Of a stretch of DNA of 20,000 nt, positions 19,960-20,000 are shown in pieces. The notes under the pieces were generated by a model. The model was not told the DNA's origin and did not search any database. It saw only the letters and a program-made list of their open reading frames with translations. Positions within the stretch are counted from its first letter, which is position 1, and each line of letters begins with the position of its first letter. Made by a program: the position numbers and the translations under genes. Location of the stretch: the NCBI GenBank assembly GCA_026026165.1, contig JAPEUD010000099.1, forward strand, positions 58,151 through 78,150, read 5' to 3'. The stretch comes from Sarea resinae. Lineage: Eukaryota.

Positions 19960-20000
<41 letters not shown>
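19941..20000 (-). CDS. Probable 3' end of a convergent gene, encoding an RS-dipeptide C-terminus (...SRSRSRSRSRSRSRSRSRN*); partial
   Basis: The minus frame reads (AGC AGG)6 AGC AGA AGC AGG AGT CGG AAT TGA. All three deviations from the hexamer repeat are synonymous in the Ser-Arg frame, and the run ends in a stop. Confidence 0.55.

Overview
Eukaryotic, intron-containing DNA from a filamentous ascomycete (Pezizomycotina-type GT/GC-AG introns, mostly 49-104 nt, with CTRAY-like branch points). Hand-splicing resolves six complete genes: (1) a minus-strand 891-aa type II membrane protein with a long disordered N-terminus and an extracellular EGF-like domain; (2) a ~672-aa disordered protein of unknown family with a KEN box, a D-box-like motif and many CDK sites; (3) a DCAF11/WDR23-like WD40 protein; (4) Sec61 gamma (SSS1); (5) an RRM/RGG protein of the CFIm68/CPSF6 (fungal Rbp35) family; (6) GPI2/PIG-C. 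The last 60 nt probably encode the RS-domain C-terminus of a convergent gene. The most notable signal is the layered regulatory architecture of the CFIm68/Rbp35 gene: an ~820-nt ATG-free spliced leader, a 5'UTR intron holding a uORF, an in-frame GC-AG intron that splits RNP1 and carries two UGUA sites, and a 246-nt in-frame, stop-free intron. Also notable are a TACTCCGGAGTA palindrome family and a G4 motif in the large divergent intergenic region, and dense simple repeats around GPI2. No prokaryote-type system, CRISPR array, tRNA or rRNA was seen. All gene models are read by eye and lack RNA evidence.
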